Assembly (NCBI GenBank): GCA_963725865.1
Contig: CAVSAC010000010.1
Location: forward strand, 451,736-515,735
Reading direction: 5' to 3'
Length of the DNA: 64,000 bases
Source: Candidatus Eiseniibacteriota bacterium
GTDB taxonomy: Bacteria; Eisenbacteria; RBG-16-71-46
Of the stretch, positions 48,810 to 60,762 are shown piece by piece; position 1 is the first letter of the stretch; the number at the start of each line of letters is the position of its first letter. Made by a program: the position numbers and the translations under genes. Below the pieces are notes generated by a model, which was not told where the DNA came from, searched no databases, and saw only the letters and a list, made by a program, of their open reading frames with translations.

Positions 48810-49991
48810 TCAGAACTCCCGGCGCCGCAGCGCCACGTTCTGGAGCAGGCCAAGCTGGACGCCGTTCACGATCAGCGCGGTCCCGCCGTACGACAGCAAC
48901 GGCAGCGGCAGCCCGGTCACCGGCGCCCAGCCGATGGTCATGAGCATGTTCACCATCACCTGGTAGAACAGGGCGGACACCAAGCCCACCGCCATCAGGC
49001 TGGCGAACGCACCGCGTGCGATCACCGCGAGGCGGAACCCACGCAGGATGACGACCGCGTACAGTAGCACCACCGTCAACGAGCCCAGCAGCCCCAGCTC
49101 CTCGCCCACCACCGAGAAGATGAAGTCGGTGTGACGCATGGGCAGGAAGGCGAGCGCCTTCTGAGTGCCCTTCAGGTAGCCCTTCCCCAGCACGCCGCCG
49201 GAGCCGATCGCGATCCGCGACTGGATGATCTGATACCCGGACCCGTACGGATCGTTGTCCGGATTCAGAAACGTCTCGATGCGGCGCTTCTGATATTCCT
49301 CGAGATGGTTCCAGATGCGCGGCATCGAGGCACCCACCGCCACGTTCATGACCAGCACCGCGATCAGCAGCGGCAGCCGCGGGCGCGCGAACGCCAGCAG
49401 CGCCACGAACAGCCCGCCGAACCACCACAGCGAGCCGGTGATGAAGAACAGCACCACGTTGAACACCGGCGACAGCCCCAGCAGCAGGCTGCCGAGCGGC
49501 ATGCCCGCCCAGAAATACATCGCCACGAGGATCACCGGGAACGACAGCGAGGTGCCGAGGTCGGGCTCCTTGGCGACCAGCGCGAACGGGATCAGCACCA
49601 GGATCAGCGGCGGCACCCAGTGGCCGACCTTGCGCAGGTCGAGCTTGGGATCGTCGAAGCGGCGCGCGAGCAGCACGACGGTGGCGATCTTCGCCAGCTC
49701 GGAAGGCTGGAACTTGATCGGGCCCAGGTCGAGCCAGCGCTTGGCACCCATCGCGCTGTGACCGATCACCAGCACCGCCACGAGCAGCAGCAGCGCGACT
49801 CCGTAGAACGGCCACGCCAGCGAGTCGTACACGCGCAGCGGGATGGCGGCCGCCACCCACGCCGCGACGAGCGCCACGCCGGCCCACAGCAGCTGGCGCG
49901 TCCACAGGCCCTCGTGCGCCCCCGGCACCGAGGTGGCGCTGAACACGATCGCGAGGCCGATGAACACCAGGCCGAGCGCCGCGAGCGCCAT
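48810..49991 (-). CDS. rodA: SEDS-family peptidoglycan glycosyltransferase RodA
   Basis: FtsW/RodA motifs (…LGPIKFQPSELAKI…, …YGGTALIVN…). Follows mrdA-mreCD. Internal ATG (MALAALGL) of track ORF 48810..50228. Confidence 0.8.
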   Translation of the reverse strand: MALAALGLVFIGLAIVFSATSVPGAHEGLWTRQLLWAGVALVAAWVAAAIPLRVYDSLAWPFYGVALLLLVAVLVIGHSAMGAKRWLDLGPIKFQPSELAKIATVVLLARRFDDPKLDLRKVGHWVPPLILVLIPFALVAKEPDLGTSLSFPVILVAMYFWAGMPLGSLLLGLSPVFNVVLFFITGSLWWFGGLFVALLAFARPRLPLLIAVLVMNVAVGASMPRIWNHLEEYQKRRIETFLNPDNDPYGSGYQIIQSRIAIGSGGVLGKGYLKGTQKALAFLPMRHTDFIFSVVGEELGLLGSLTVVLLYAVVILRGFRLAVIARGAFASLMAVGLVSALFYQVMVNMLMTIGWAPVTGLPLPLLSYGGTALIVNGVQLGLLQNVALRRREF

Positions 49992-50025
49992 TGGCGTGTC
50001 GAGCGGCGGAACGTGCAGGCGGAGT

Positions 50026-51897
50026 CTAGTCGGCAACGGTGTCCCCCGTGGTGTCGGGCATGACGTGCGTGACGGCCGCGCGCGGGTGGAGCAGCGCGGT
50101 GGCGACCGAGTCCGGCAGCAGCACGCGCGCGAGCACGCGCCGGGCGCGCGGCGCGGCCACGCTGCCGCCGTGTCCACTGTTTTCGACCACCATCGCGATC
50201 GCGATCCGCGGGTCCTCGACCGGGGCATAGCACACGAACAGCGCGTGGTCCTTGCCGTGCGGATTCTGCGCCGTCCCGGTCTTGCCGGCCACCCGCACGC
50301 CCGGTATGCGCGCCGCCGTGCCGGTGCCCGAGTCGATCACCAATTCGAGCCCCTCGTGGATCGCCGCCCAGGTCTCGGCGCTCGCCGTCACCCCGCTCTG
50401 GGTCGGGCGCTCGACCCTGAAGTCGCGCGCGCCGCTCACGTGGTCGACGATGTGCGGGCGCAGTGCGCGGCCGCTCTCGGCGATCTCCGCGGTCATCAGA
50501 GCCAGCTGCAGGGGCGTGAGCAGCAGCTCGCCCTGGCCGATCGCGAGGTTCAGCATCACGCCCTTGCGCATCCCTCCCTTGCCCCACCGCCGCTCGTACC
50601 ACGCGGCATCCGGGATCAGCCCGCGCCGCTCCTGCGGCAGGTCGATGCCGGTGCGGTCGCCGAGTCCCAGGTCCTTGGCGGTGCGCGAGAGCGCGTCGAG
50701 CCCGAGGCGGATGCCGATCTGGTAGAAGTACACGTCGCAGGAGTGCTGCAGGGCGCCGACGAAATCGAGCGAGCCGTGCCCGCGCGGGTTCCAGCAGCCG
50801 AACGCGCGGCCGCCGAACACGTAGTGCCCGGAGCACGGCGCCAGCCGCGTCGCGCGAGTGGCCACCCCGCTGCGCAGGGCGGCGGTCATGGTCACGATCT
50901 TGAACGTGGAGCCGGGCGGATAGACGCCCTGCAGCGCGCGGTCGAGCAGCGGATTCGAGCCGCCGCTCGAGATCTCCTCCCAGCGCGCGCGCGTGAGCCC
51001 GTAGGAGAACTCGTTCGGGTCGTAGGCCGGCCGGCTCACCAGCGCGAGCACCCCGCCATCGCGCGGATCCAGCACCACGGCCGCGCCCCGCTCGACGCCG
51101 TCCATCGCCTCCTCGAGCGCGCGCTGCACCTTCAGGTCGAGCGTCAGCCGCAGATCGTGGCCCGCCACCGGCGGCCGCGGCGGTCCCTCGGTCAGGGTCG
51201 AGACCCGCCGCCCCATGGCGTTGACCACCACGAACTCCGCGCCGTCCACCCCGCGCAGGATGTCCTCGTACGCCCGCTCGACGCCGGTGCGCCCGATCAA
51301 GTCTCCGGGGCGGTAGCCGAGCACTCCCCGCTCCACGAGCTCCTGATCGTTGATCTCGCCCGCGTAGCCGAGCAGGTGGGCCGCCAGCGTGCCGTTGGGA
51401 TAGCGCCGGATCGGCTCGACCTGCACCTCGAGCCCCGGCAGCTCGCCGCGCACCTCCTCGACCGCGGCCAGGACCTCGAACGGCGCGGTGCGTCGCAGCA
51501 CCGCGGACTTCCCGGTGGCGTTCGCCTCCGCGACGCGGCGGCGCAACAGCAGGGTATCGAGGCCGACCACCGCGCTGACGCGCGAGATCCACTCCTCGGA
51601 GCGCGTCTCGCGGATACGGTGCGCGCTCTCCGCCGGGAACGGGCGAAACACGATGGTGAACGAGGGGGCGCTGTCGGCGAGCAGCTCGCCGTTGCGATCG
51701 TAGATCGCCCCGCGCGGCGCGCGCAGCACCTCGAGCCGCACGCGGTTCTCCTTCGCCAGCTCGCGGTAGCGGTCGTGCTCGACCACCTGCAACCGCAGCA
51801 GGCCCAGCACCACGAGCGCGAATCCGCTGCCCGCGAGCGCCGCGAGCAGCCGGAAGCGCTCCTCCCTAAGCGGACGGACGCGAACCGACGGCTGCAT
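50026..51897 (-). CDS. mrdA: Penicillin-binding protein 2 (transpeptidase, MrdA)
   Basis: N-terminal PBP dimerisation domain plus transpeptidase STFK, SGN and KTGT motifs. 623 aa. Confidence 0.85.
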   Translation of the reverse strand: MQPSVRVRPLREERFRLLAALAGSGFALVVLGLLRLQVVEHDRYRELAKENRVRLEVLRAPRGAIYDRNGELLADSAPSFTIVFRPFPAESAHRIRETRSEEWISRVSAVVGLDTLLLRRRVAEANATGKSAVLRRTAPFEVLAAVEEVRGELPGLEVQVEPIRRYPNGTLAAHLLGYAGEINDQELVERGVLGYRPGDLIGRTGVERAYEDILRGVDGAEFVVVNAMGRRVSTLTEGPPRPPVAGHDLRLTLDLKVQRALEEAMDGVERGAAVVLDPRDGGVLALVSRPAYDPNEFSYGLTRARWEEISSGGSNPLLDRALQGVYPPGSTFKIVTMTAALRSGVATRATRLAPCSGHYVFGGRAFGCWNPRGHGSLDFVGALQHSCDVYFYQIGIRLGLDALSRTAKDLGLGDRTGIDLPQERRGLIPDAAWYERRWGKGGMRKGVMLNLAIGQGELLLTPLQLALMTAEIAESGRALRPHIVDHVSGARDFRVERPTQSGVTASAETWAAIHEGLELVIDSGTGTAARIPGVRVAGKTGTAQNPHGKDHALFVCYAPVEDPRIAIAMVVENSGHGGSVAAPRARRVLARVLLPDSVATALLHPRAAVTHVMPDTTGDTVAD

Positions 51898-52378
51898 GAC
51901 CGAACAGGGGTTGCCCGCTGACCTGGCGAACGATGCCGAGCAGCGCGGTGCCCGCGAGTGCGCTGACCGCCGAGCCCAGCAGCGCCCGGCCCGCCAGCAG
52001 CAGGAGCGCGGAGGGCGTGCCCGACTCGAACAGCATCGCCCAGGTCTGGTGCACCAGCGTCGCGACGAAGAACAGCACCAGCTGGGTGCGCGCGCTGTCG
52101 CGCACCAGCGTGCGGCTGAGTCGGCCGACGACGTAGCCGATCAACGCCAGCATCAGGGCGTGCCGCCCGAGCCAGTGGGCAACGTCGAGATCTGCGAACA
52201 GCCCCAGCACGAATCCGAACGTGGAGCCCCACGACTCGTGGTGGCGCAGCGCCCACACCACGGTGACGAACGCCAGCACGTCGAGCGTGAGCCCGCGGGC
52301 CGCCAGCGCGCTCAGCGCGGTGGAGCGCAGCAGCAGCGCGACGAACGCGAGGATCAGCAGCGAGAGCACGGCCTTCAT
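51866..52378 (-). CDS. mreD: Rod shape-determining protein MreD
   Basis: [17 protein letters not shown]... is a small polytopic protein. GGGAGG RBS. Its ATG overlaps the mreC stop. Confidence 0.7.
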   Translation of the reverse strand: MKAVLSLLILAFVALLLRSTALSALAARGLTLDVLAFVTVVWALRHHESWGSTFGFVLGLFADLDVAHWLGRHALMLALIGYVVGRLSRTLVRDSARTQLVLFFVATLVHQTWAMLFESGTPSALLLLAGRALLGSAVSALAGTALLGIVRQVSGQPLFGHAAVGSRPSA

Positions 52379-53184
52379 CGTGTCCTCCCGGCGCCGGCCG
52401 GACGCACCAGCACGAACGCGTGGCGGATGCGCGACAGCCGCGCCGCCGGTTCGATCTCGACCTCTTGCGTGAGGCCGCTCGGATCGCGCACGGCGCGCAC
52501 CACGCGCCCGACCGGCAGCCCGCGCGGGTAGCGGGCGGTGAGGCCCGACGTGATCACGCGCTGGCCGCTGCGCACGGTGTCCGAGAGCGGCACGCCCGTC
52601 AGCACCAGGTGCGGGTCGGGCGCCGGCGCGGCCCGCAGCACGCCGAGCACGCCCGTGCTCTCGACCTCGCAGGCGACCGCCGAGTTGGGATCGGTCAGGA
52701 GCACCACCCGCGCGAGCGAGGGCCACGCCTCGCCGACGCGGCCGAGCAGGCCTTCGCGCGTGATCACCACGTCGCCCTCCTGCACACCCTGGCGCCGGCC
52801 GGCGCTCACCGTGGCCGCGAGCGGCGGTGCGTCGCCCGCGAGCGCCAGCACCTCCACCGGCCGCAGCGTCATGCCCGAAGGGACCGGCAGCTCGAGGCTG
52901 TCGCGCAGCCGCAGGTTCTCCACCCCCGCCACGCGCAGGCGCTGGTTCTCGATCTCGAGCTCGGCGAGGCGCTGGTGGAGCTGCTGGTTCTCGCGCCAGG
53001 CGGCCGCGATGCGGTCGGCCGACAGCACCACGCGGTCGAACGGCGAGAACACCCACGCGCCGATCCCGCGCAGCGCGCCCTGCGGGATGTGGTCGCCGAC
53101 GATCAGCAGAAGCAGCGAGAGCGCCGCGTAGGCGCCCAACAGGACGCTGCTGCGGCGCTCCGCCGGCGGGAGGAAGCCTCCCAT
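52375..53184 (-). CDS. mreC: Rod shape-determining protein MreC
   Basis: N-terminal TM, a coiled-coil (LELENQRLR-like [11 protein letters not shown]) and a beta-barrel domain. Confidence 0.8.
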   Translation of the reverse strand: MGGFLPPAERRSSVLLGAYAALSLLLLIVGDHIPQGALRGIGAWVFSPFDRVVLSADRIAAAWRENQQLHQRLAELEIENQRLRVAGVENLRLRDSLELPVPSGMTLRPVEVLALAGDAPPLAATVSAGRRQGVQEGDVVITREGLLGRVGEAWPSLARVVLLTDPNSAVACEVESTGVLGVLRAAPAPDPHLVLTGVPLSDTVRSGQRVITSGLTARYPRGLPVGRVVRAVRDPSGLTQEVEIEPAARLSRIRHAFVLVRPAGAGRTR

Positions 53185-53187
53185 CGA

Positions 53188-54378
<1,191 letters not shown>

Positions 54379-54591
54379 TCATCGCCCTCCGCGTTCGCGC
54401 CCCGCCGTGGACCGCATCGATCGGCGCGTTCCGTGGGCCTCGCAGCCCGCCGGGCGACTCGGGAGAACGCGACTTTTCGGGCGCAGGACGGCGGTCCCGG
54501 GGTATGCCCAGTGGTGCCCGCGGTCGTTGACCGGGTTTCCGCGCCGATGCTAGCCTGCCCACTCGATGAATCCGGCCCGTCCCGAGCCCGC

Positions 54592-56733
54592 ATGATGCAC
54601 CCGAGCCGTCTCGCGGTCCTCCTCGTCCCGATCGTGCTGGGCCTGCTCGCCGCCACCCTTCCGGGCCGCGCCCAGACCCCCGTCCGGTACTACGCCAACG
54701 CCGACACCACGCTGCTCCGGGACACCCTGGGGCTCAAGTTCGACACGCTGTTCCCGCTCGCGGACAGCCTGCGGGTCACCGCCGACACCCTGCGCGCGCT
54801 CTCGATCCGCTACCGGGCGCCGCTGTGGCGGATCGTGAAGCTGGCCGACAGCCTGGCGGTCCCGATGGACAGCGTGGCCGCGGTGATGCAGCGCGAGCGC
54901 TTCAACCCGCTGGCGGCCACCGCGGACTTCACGAACCAGTTCGGGTACAACTCGACCTACGACATCCAGCGCACCTCGAGCAGCTGGCTGAGCGGGGCCC
55001 ACTGGAACTACGTCTCGCGCGCTCTGGTGCTCAACAACCAGACCACCATCACGATGGCGCGCATCAAGGACGCCAAGGGGAGCGCGCCACAGCAGACCCG
55101 CGACATGGTGACCGAGGCCGGGTGGCGCTTCTCGCGCGAATTCTCGGTCGGAGGTCGCGCGCACGTGTATCGCTACGATTACCCCGCGTCGACCGACGCG
55201 GCGGCCACGACGAACGAGTTCTCCGCCCCCGTGCGATTCAAGGCCCGCCCGACGAAGAACCTGAACACCGAGCTGAACGTGCTACCGGGCGCGGTGGACC
55301 TGACCGACGTGCGCCAGGTCAAGCGCGGGTCGAGCGCTCAGGTCGACGGACGCGTGCGCTACTCGCGCGGCGGATTTCTGACGGGAGACGTGAGCGGACT
55401 CCTGTCGGGCAACCTCACCCGGACGCGACAGCCCGAATCGGACGTCACGTTCCGCACCCGGGACTCGCGCCGGAACCTGAGCGGCACGCTCGGCCTGTTC
55501 ACGTCGTCCCCGGTGGGCGCCAATCTGAACTATCGGCTCTCGCGCTCGGTGACCGAGACCCCGCCGGCGCTGGACACTGCGCGCGTCCAGCAGCTCATCA
55601 ACCAGAACGATGGCGCCGAGCTCACGGTGCGCGGGCGGCTCGACAACGACCGCCTGGTGAACGTCACCGGCCGATGGTCGAAGACCCAGACCGCTCAGAA
55701 CGACGCGCTTGCGACGTTCACGACCGGCCGCACGCTCGGGATCAGCGCCGATGGCCGCTACATCGTCCTGAGCCTGCCCTTCGAGTGGCAGTTCTCGAAC
55801 GGCGTCACGAACAGCGACTACCCGCGCCGGGCCGCGACCGGTGGCTACGGCCAGCGCAGCCACGACCGCAGGATCCAGGTCTCCGTGGATCGACCGATCG
55901 CGGGCGGGCACCTGACCCTGCACGCCAAGGGCTCCGTGAGCCTGACCTCCGCGCGCTACACGACGATCGGGACCTACCCGACACCGCCGGTCGACAACGA
56001 CCGCTACGACCAGGGCTATCGCCTGGGAGCGGACTACGTGCCCACGCAGGACTTCAACACCGGGGTCGCGCTCGACGTGCAGCGCTCGCTGACCATCAAC
56101 ATCCCCTCGGGCAGCACCGGGGCCAACAGCCAGGACAATCGCTACGGGGCCGATTGGCGCTGGTCCTACCGCCTGTTCCCCGACCTCACGGTCAACCAGA
56201 GCAACGGCATCCTGGCCGACTACCTCACCTACGTCTATCGCCCGACCACCAATCGCCTGACCCTGCTCTACCGCACGACGACCACCATGTCCGCCGTGTT
56301 GTCCCCGCGATTCGAGTTCAGCATGACGCACAGCGCGGTCTACCAGCCTGGCGGGAACTACACGCTCCAGGCCGACGGCCAGGAGGGATTCACGAAGGCG
56401 GACGAGTCGAAGAACTACACGCTGGTCGGCCAGTTCTCCTACCGCCCGTCGCCCATGCTGGTGTTCGTGTTCGGCCCCAACTACACCTCCAGCGACCGCA
56501 AGAGCACTCAGAACGGTGCGCTGGCTCCCAGCCGGCGCGACCAGAGCTTCACGTTCTCCGGCGGTGCTACACTCAACGTCGCCCTGGGGAGCCGCGGGAA
56601 GCTCACGGGCAACATCAATCGGACCAGTTCGAACACCAGCGCCACCTCGTGGTCGCAGGGGATCCCGCAGGAGCAGCCGGGACTCTCGCAGGGCTTCTGG
56701 AACGGTCAGCTCCAACTCTCGTGGGACCTGTGA
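54592..56733 (+). CDS. Large (713 aa) predicted outer-membrane beta-barrel protein, hypothetical
   Basis: Signal peptide MMHPSRLAVLLVPIVLGLLAATLPGRAQT. Sequence is Ser/Thr/Asn/Tyr/Arg-rich with alternating-polarity stretches, ending ...GQLQLSWDL. Internal ATG of track ORF 54433..56733. Confidence 0.5.
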   Translation: MMHPSRLAVLLVPIVLGLLAATLPGRAQTPVRYYANADTTLLRDTLGLKFDTLFPLADSLRVTADTLRALSIRYRAPLWRIVKLADSLAVPMDSVAAVMQRERFNPLAATADFTNQFGYNSTYDIQRTSSSWLSGAHWNYVSRALVLNNQTTITMARIKDAKGSAPQQTRDMVTEAGWRFSREFSVGGRAHVYRYDYPASTDAAATTNEFSAPVRFKARPTKNLNTELNVLPGAVDLTDVRQVKRGSSAQVDGRVRYSRGGFLTGDVSGLLSGNLTRTRQPESDVTFRTRDSRRNLSGTLGLFTSSPVGANLNYRLSRSVTETPPALDTARVQQLINQNDGAELTVRGRLDNDRLVNVTGRWSKTQTAQNDALATFTTGRTLGISADGRYIVLSLPFEWQFSNGVTNSDYPRRAATGGYGQRSHDRRIQVSVDRPIAGGHLTLHAKGSVSLTSARYTTIGTYPTPPVDNDRYDQGYRLGADYVPTQDFNTGVALDVQRSLTINIPSGSTGANSQDNRYGADWRWSYRLFPDLTVNQSNGILADYLTYVYRPTTNRLTLLYRTTTTMSAVLSPRFEFSMTHSAVYQPGGNYTLQADGQEGFTKADESKNYTLVGQFSYRPSPMLVFVFGPNYTSSDRKSTQNGALAPSRRDQSFTFSGGATLNVALGSRGKLTGNINRTSSNTSATSWSQGIPQEQPGLSQGFWNGQLQLSWDL

Positions 56734-57413
56734 TGCGCCGTCGTGCCCCGATCCTCGCGTTGTGCCTGACCATCGGCTGGTCGACGTGCGTGGGATTCTC
56801 GGGTGGCTGCGATCTGTTCCGGCCGGCGACCGCCGAAGGCCCGCCGCCCTCCGCGGGATCCGGGATCCATGTCGACCTGACCGACCCCGAGCTCACGCTG
56901 GCCACCATGTCGCGCGCGGTCGAGAAGCATGCCATCGGCCTCGAGACCTGGATGGACTGTCTCGCGGACCCGTCGCGCGACAACGGACTCTCGTTCGTCG
57001 CGACGCTCGATCCGGCGGCCGTCCTGCTCTACAACCGGGGCGATCCGAGTCCGTGGGGCCGCGACCTGGAGCAGTTGTTCTACCCGCAGTTCATCAGCGT
57101 CTGGACCACCGGCGAAGACTCGCTCTACTGGTCGCCGATCGACAACCTGCCGGACCCGCAGTACCTGGGCGGCGACACCAAGGTGCTGATCCGGCACTAC
57201 GAACTCTGGAACATCCTCCAACAGTCGGGAGAGGTGACCCGTCAGCTCTTCGCGATCGGCTACGCGCAGATCACGTTCCGGCAGGTCGCGCGCGGCTGGG
57301 TGCTGCTCAGCTGGGAGGATCACGTCGACCCCGACGTCACCGTCAGCCCGCCCGCCGACCAGCAGGAATTTCGCTGCTTCTCGTGGCGCCGGCTGGAGTA
57401 TTCGGGACTGTGA
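56733..57413 (+). CDS. Hypothetical lipoprotein (NTF2-like fold suspected)
   Basis: Signal peptide plus lipobox (…GFSGGC). Its ATG overlaps the upstream stop (ATGA). Internal start of track ORF 54825..57413. Confidence 0.5.
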   Translation: MRRRAPILALCLTIGWSTCVGFSGGCDLFRPATAEGPPPSAGSGIHVDLTDPELTLATMSRAVEKHAIGLETWMDCLADPSRDNGLSFVATLDPAAVLLYNRGDPSPWGRDLEQLFYPQFISVWTTGEDSLYWSPIDNLPDPQYLGGDTKVLIRHYELWNILQQSGEVTRQLFAIGYAQITFRQVARGWVLLSWEDHVDPDVTVSPPADQQEFRCFSWRRLEYSGL

Positions 57414-57430
57414 CCGCACTGGAGCGAACG

Positions 57431-58168
57431 ATGCGCAGGATCGGAGCGGGAATCGTGCTGGCCGCACTCGTGGTGAGCCTCGGGGGATGCTTCAACCCGT
57501 TCTCGCCCCGGATCGCGACCGGGGTCGGGATCTCGGAGCCCAAGCCCGCGCCGCTCACGCCGGTCGGTGTGATCCAGCTCTTCCAGTGGTGCTACCGCAA
57601 CCGCGCGCTGGCGGAGTACAAGGAGCTCTTCACCGACGACTACGTGTTCACCTTCTCGGCGCTCGACCCCGAGGGCAACCCGTATCGCGAGCACCCCTAC
57701 CGCCGCGAGGAGGAACTGGCGTCGGCCGAGCACCTGTTCGTCACCGGCAACGCCACCGAGGAGGCGGCCTCCAGCATCACGCTCGACTTCACCAACACGC
57801 TGGTCGCCGTGCCCGACACGCGGCCAGGCAAGCGCGACCGGTGGCATCGCCAGTTGAACGTCGGCGTCGTGCTGGTGGTGCGCCGGCCGTCGAGCCAGCT
57901 CGAGGTGAAGGGCGAGGCGCGGTTCTTCGTGGTGCGCGGGGATACCGCGATCATCCCGCCGGAGCTGGGCCTGCGGCGCGACTCCACGCGCTGGTACATC
58001 GAGGGCTGGGAGGACTACACGGTGCAGAATAGCCCGGGTGCGGCGCGCCTGCTGCCCGCGGGGGCCGTGACGCGGGCGCCCCGGGCGGTCCGCCCGGCGA
58101 CGGTGACTTCCGATCCATTCGACGTCATCGACGTCACGTTCGGCGCGCTGAAGGCCCTGTACCGTTAG
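57431..58168 (+). CDS. Hypothetical lipoprotein, distant paralog of the preceding one
   Basis: MRRIGAGIVLAALVVSLGGCF is a signal peptide with lipobox. Internal start of track ORF 56516..58168. Confidence 0.5.
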   Translation: MRRIGAGIVLAALVVSLGGCFNPFSPRIATGVGISEPKPAPLTPVGVIQLFQWCYRNRALAEYKELFTDDYVFTFSALDPEGNPYREHPYRREEELASAEHLFVTGNATEEAASSITLDFTNTLVAVPDTRPGKRDRWHRQLNVGVVLVVRRPSSQLEVKGEARFFVVRGDTAIIPPELGLRRDSTRWYIEGWEDYTVQNSPGAARLLPAGAVTRAPRAVRPATVTSDPFDVIDVTFGALKALYR

Positions 58169-58231
58169 GCGAGGCACGATCGCGCCAGCGCGGGGCGAAC
58201 GCGTCGCGTCCCGCCTCCCGCCATGGACGCC

Positions 58232-58317
58232 GACGGCCCGCCGGGGGACTTCTCCGGCGGGCCGTCTCGTGAGCGGGCGCCGGACGACGACGGGGGCGCC
58301 CCGTGAAGGGCGCCCCC
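58232..58317. terminator. Two strong GC hairpins between convergent genes (13-bp stem at 58232-58266; 10-bp stem at 58292-58317)
   Basis: GACGGCCCGCCGG-GGGACTTCT-CCGGCGGGCCGTC and GGGGGCGCCC-CGTGAA-GGGCGCCCCC lie between the lipoprotein operon end and the porin gene end. Confidence 0.35.
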
Positions 58318-58340
58318 GCGTGTACGGCTCGCGCGATCGA

Positions 58341-59648
58341 CTAGAACGAGTAGGTCGCGGTGATCTTCGGGAACAGCGGGAAGTCGCTGAAGCTGTTCGT
58401 CGGGAGGTAGCTGCCCGGGTTGTTGAAGAAGTCCTGGGCCAGCACGCCGTCGAACTGCAGCGTCCCGACCTTGATGCCAGCACCGGTGTTGAAGCTGAAG
58501 GTGCTGCTGTTCTCCTTGGTGTCGTTCGCCACGCGCGGCGTGTTGTTGTCCTCGAACTTGTTCGAGTAGAACATCGTCTTGCGCGCGCCGAAGCGGATCG
58601 TGAGCCACGGATTCACGTGGGTCTCGAGCGCCGCGAACACCGACGGCATCTGGGACTCGGTGTACTTGAACTTGTTGGTCTTCTGGTCGTCCACGTTCGA
58701 GGCGAAGGTCACGCCCGCCACGAACAGGTCGTTCTGGTTGAGCGTCCAGTTGCCCGCGATACCAGCCGACCATGAACGCCACTGACGGTCGTTCGCCACA
58801 CCCGCCGTCGTCGGATCGTACTTGTACGACAGGTCGTACGATGCGTACTTGAACACCGGCACGACCAGCACGTTCGGCTCCCACTGCCACAGCATGCGAG
58901 CGCTGAACAGGTAAGCGCCGGCGCCGTCTTCGGTCTGCTTGGCGCCGCCGCCGAGCGGCGTGGTGAAGGTACGGCTCTGATACAGGAACGACAGCTCGGC
59001 GTGCGAATTCGGGTTGAGCTCGAAACCGATACCGCCGCCGAGCCCGAACTCGTTGCGCAGCGTGTTGCCGTTGCCTTCGGTCGTGGTCGTGTTGGTGCCG
59101 TCGTCCGACGTGAACTTGAAGTTCGCGCGGTTCAGCCGCAGGCCGACCGACGTGTTGCCGAACTTCTTGCCCCACATGACGTCGAACTGCTCGTAGCCGT
59201 AGAAGTTGTTCGGGTCGTAGCCGCCGTTATAGCCCGGGAAGGGCTGGCTGTAGCTGTCGCCCTGGCCCAGCTGGGGGGAGAACTCGCGCAGGTGGAACGA
59301 GATCGTCCCGTAGCGGCCGTCCCACAGGTTGCCGAGCACCGCGCCAACCGCACGGTCGTCGAGGCCGAAGTAGCCGTCCGACGGGTTGTACGTGTTGTCG
59401 AGCGGACCGGCCACGCGGTTCGGGGCCACCGGCTCGAGATAGAAGTCGCCCGTGTTGCCGAACTCGCCGTACACCAGATTGCCGACGGAGTTCACGCACG
59501 AGGTGAACGTGTAGATGTTCGTGTAGTCCTTGATGTAATCACCCTGGATGTTCATGCCCTCGACACGCGAGGTCTGGGCGAACGCCAGGACCGGGAGTGC
59601 GAGCGCGATGAGGGCCAGGGACATGCTCTTCAGAAGACGAGACTGCAT
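58341..59648 (-). CDS. Predicted outer-membrane porin-like beta-barrel protein
   Basis: Signal peptide MQSRLLKSMSLALIALALPVLAFAQT. Gly/Asn/Thr/Tyr-rich sequence. C-terminal ...ITATYSF ends in the terminal Phe typical of OMPs. Local GC is lower than in the flanks. Confidence 0.55.
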   Translation of the reverse strand: MQSRLLKSMSLALIALALPVLAFAQTSRVEGMNIQGDYIKDYTNIYTFTSCVNSVGNLVYGEFGNTGDFYLEPVAPNRVAGPLDNTYNPSDGYFGLDDRAVGAVLGNLWDGRYGTISFHLREFSPQLGQGDSYSQPFPGYNGGYDPNNFYGYEQFDVMWGKKFGNTSVGLRLNRANFKFTSDDGTNTTTTEGNGNTLRNEFGLGGGIGFELNPNSHAELSFLYQSRTFTTPLGGGAKQTEDGAGAYLFSARMLWQWEPNVLVVPVFKYASYDLSYKYDPTTAGVANDRQWRSWSAGIAGNWTLNQNDLFVAGVTFASNVDDQKTNKFKYTESQMPSVFAALETHVNPWLTIRFGARKTMFYSNKFEDNNTPRVANDTKENSSTFSFNTGAGIKVGTLQFDGVLAQDFFNNPGSYLPTNSFSDFPLFPKITATYSF

Positions 59649-59919
59649 ATCGGAAAGCCTCCTTGGCGAGAGAGAGCTTAGACGCCACGATGCAGATCAA
59701 GCCGGACTTCACGTGGCCAGTGCTACAACGCGGTCAGATTCCGAGCCCCACCTCCTTTCGCTGGATTCGCAAGATTCTCGATGACAAACCAAAGGCTCCA
59801 TCACTTCCCTGGGATGGAGCTCACGAGATAATGGCCAGGACAGAACCTCCTCCCGGGGAGGATCCTGGCGAACGCCCGGGTGCAAGGTAGGTAAGCCCCC
59901 AGAAGCTTGTCAAGGCGTT

Positions 59920-60762
59920 TCACCCCTCCCGGGGCTGCCGACGCCCCCCCGCACGGGGCCGTCTGATACCCACGCACTGGAGCGCCAGGTCCTTGTCGTA
60001 CAACGGGTTGTCAGGATCCATCGAGGTGATTCGCACCCGCCCCTGGGCGTGCGCGAAGTAGCCCCCGCCGAGGGCCAGACCGACGTGCGCGGCGCGCTCG
60101 CCGGGCGGGGCGAAGAACAGCAGATCGCCCGCGGCCACCTGGGAGCCGTGCGGCAGCGCCCGCGTCGCTCGCTGCTGCTGATGCGCGTCGCGCGGCAGGT
60201 CGATGCCCTGCTCGGCCAGCACCTGCTGGACGAACCCGGAGCAGTCGAACGCCGCGCTGCTCCGGCCGCCCCAGAGGTAGGGAACGCCCAGCAGCGACTC
60301 GACCCGGTCGGTCAGCCCCACGGGCGACCGCGTACCCGCGGCGAGGGCCGCGAGCGGGACCCACCCGCGGCGACCGTCGGGCAACTCCAGCTGGCGGTGG
60401 CCGGCGCGGGCCGCACCGGGGATGGCACGGGCATTCCAATGGAGCGGCGTCACGGTCAGCCCGGCTCCCGGACGCGCGAGCGCCACCACGGTCGGAACGA
60501 CCACGCGGGCGCGGGCGCGACGACGCCACCGCTCGATCCGAGCCGCCGGCGCCGCCACCAGCCCCCAGGCGCGCACCCAGCCGCGGTAGCCGTCGGAGTC
60601 GTTCTGGATCCGCCACCAGCGGCCCTCGTGGGCGCTCCCGAGCACGTGCACGGTCTCGCCCAGGAGCAGCTGGCTGCGCATCTCGCTGGCGTGGTCGGGA
60701 GCCCGGCGCAGGTCCAGCACCGGGCTGGCGACCACCGCTCGCGGGTGAGGCGGTCGGCTCAC
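59920..60762 (-). CDS. NlpC/P60 (C40) cell-wall peptidase with N-terminal SH3b-like domain
   Basis: ...YLWGGRSSAAFDCSGFVQQV... has the catalytic Cys; His is further downstream. GTG start overlaps the upstream stop (GTGA). C-terminal part of track ORF 59920..61398. Confidence 0.75.
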   Translation of the reverse strand: MSRPPHPRAVVASPVLDLRRAPDHASEMRSQLLLGETVHVLGSAHEGRWWRIQNDSDGYRGWVRAWGLVAAPAARIERWRRRARARVVVPTVVALARPGAGLTVTPLHWNARAIPGAARAGHRQLELPDGRRGWVPLAALAAGTRSPVGLTDRVESLLGVPYLWGGRSSAAFDCSGFVQQVLAEQGIDLPRDAHQQQRATRALPHGSQVAAGDLLFFAPPGERAAHVGLALGGGYFAHAQGRVRITSMDPDNPLYDKDLALQCVGIRRPRAGGRRQPREG

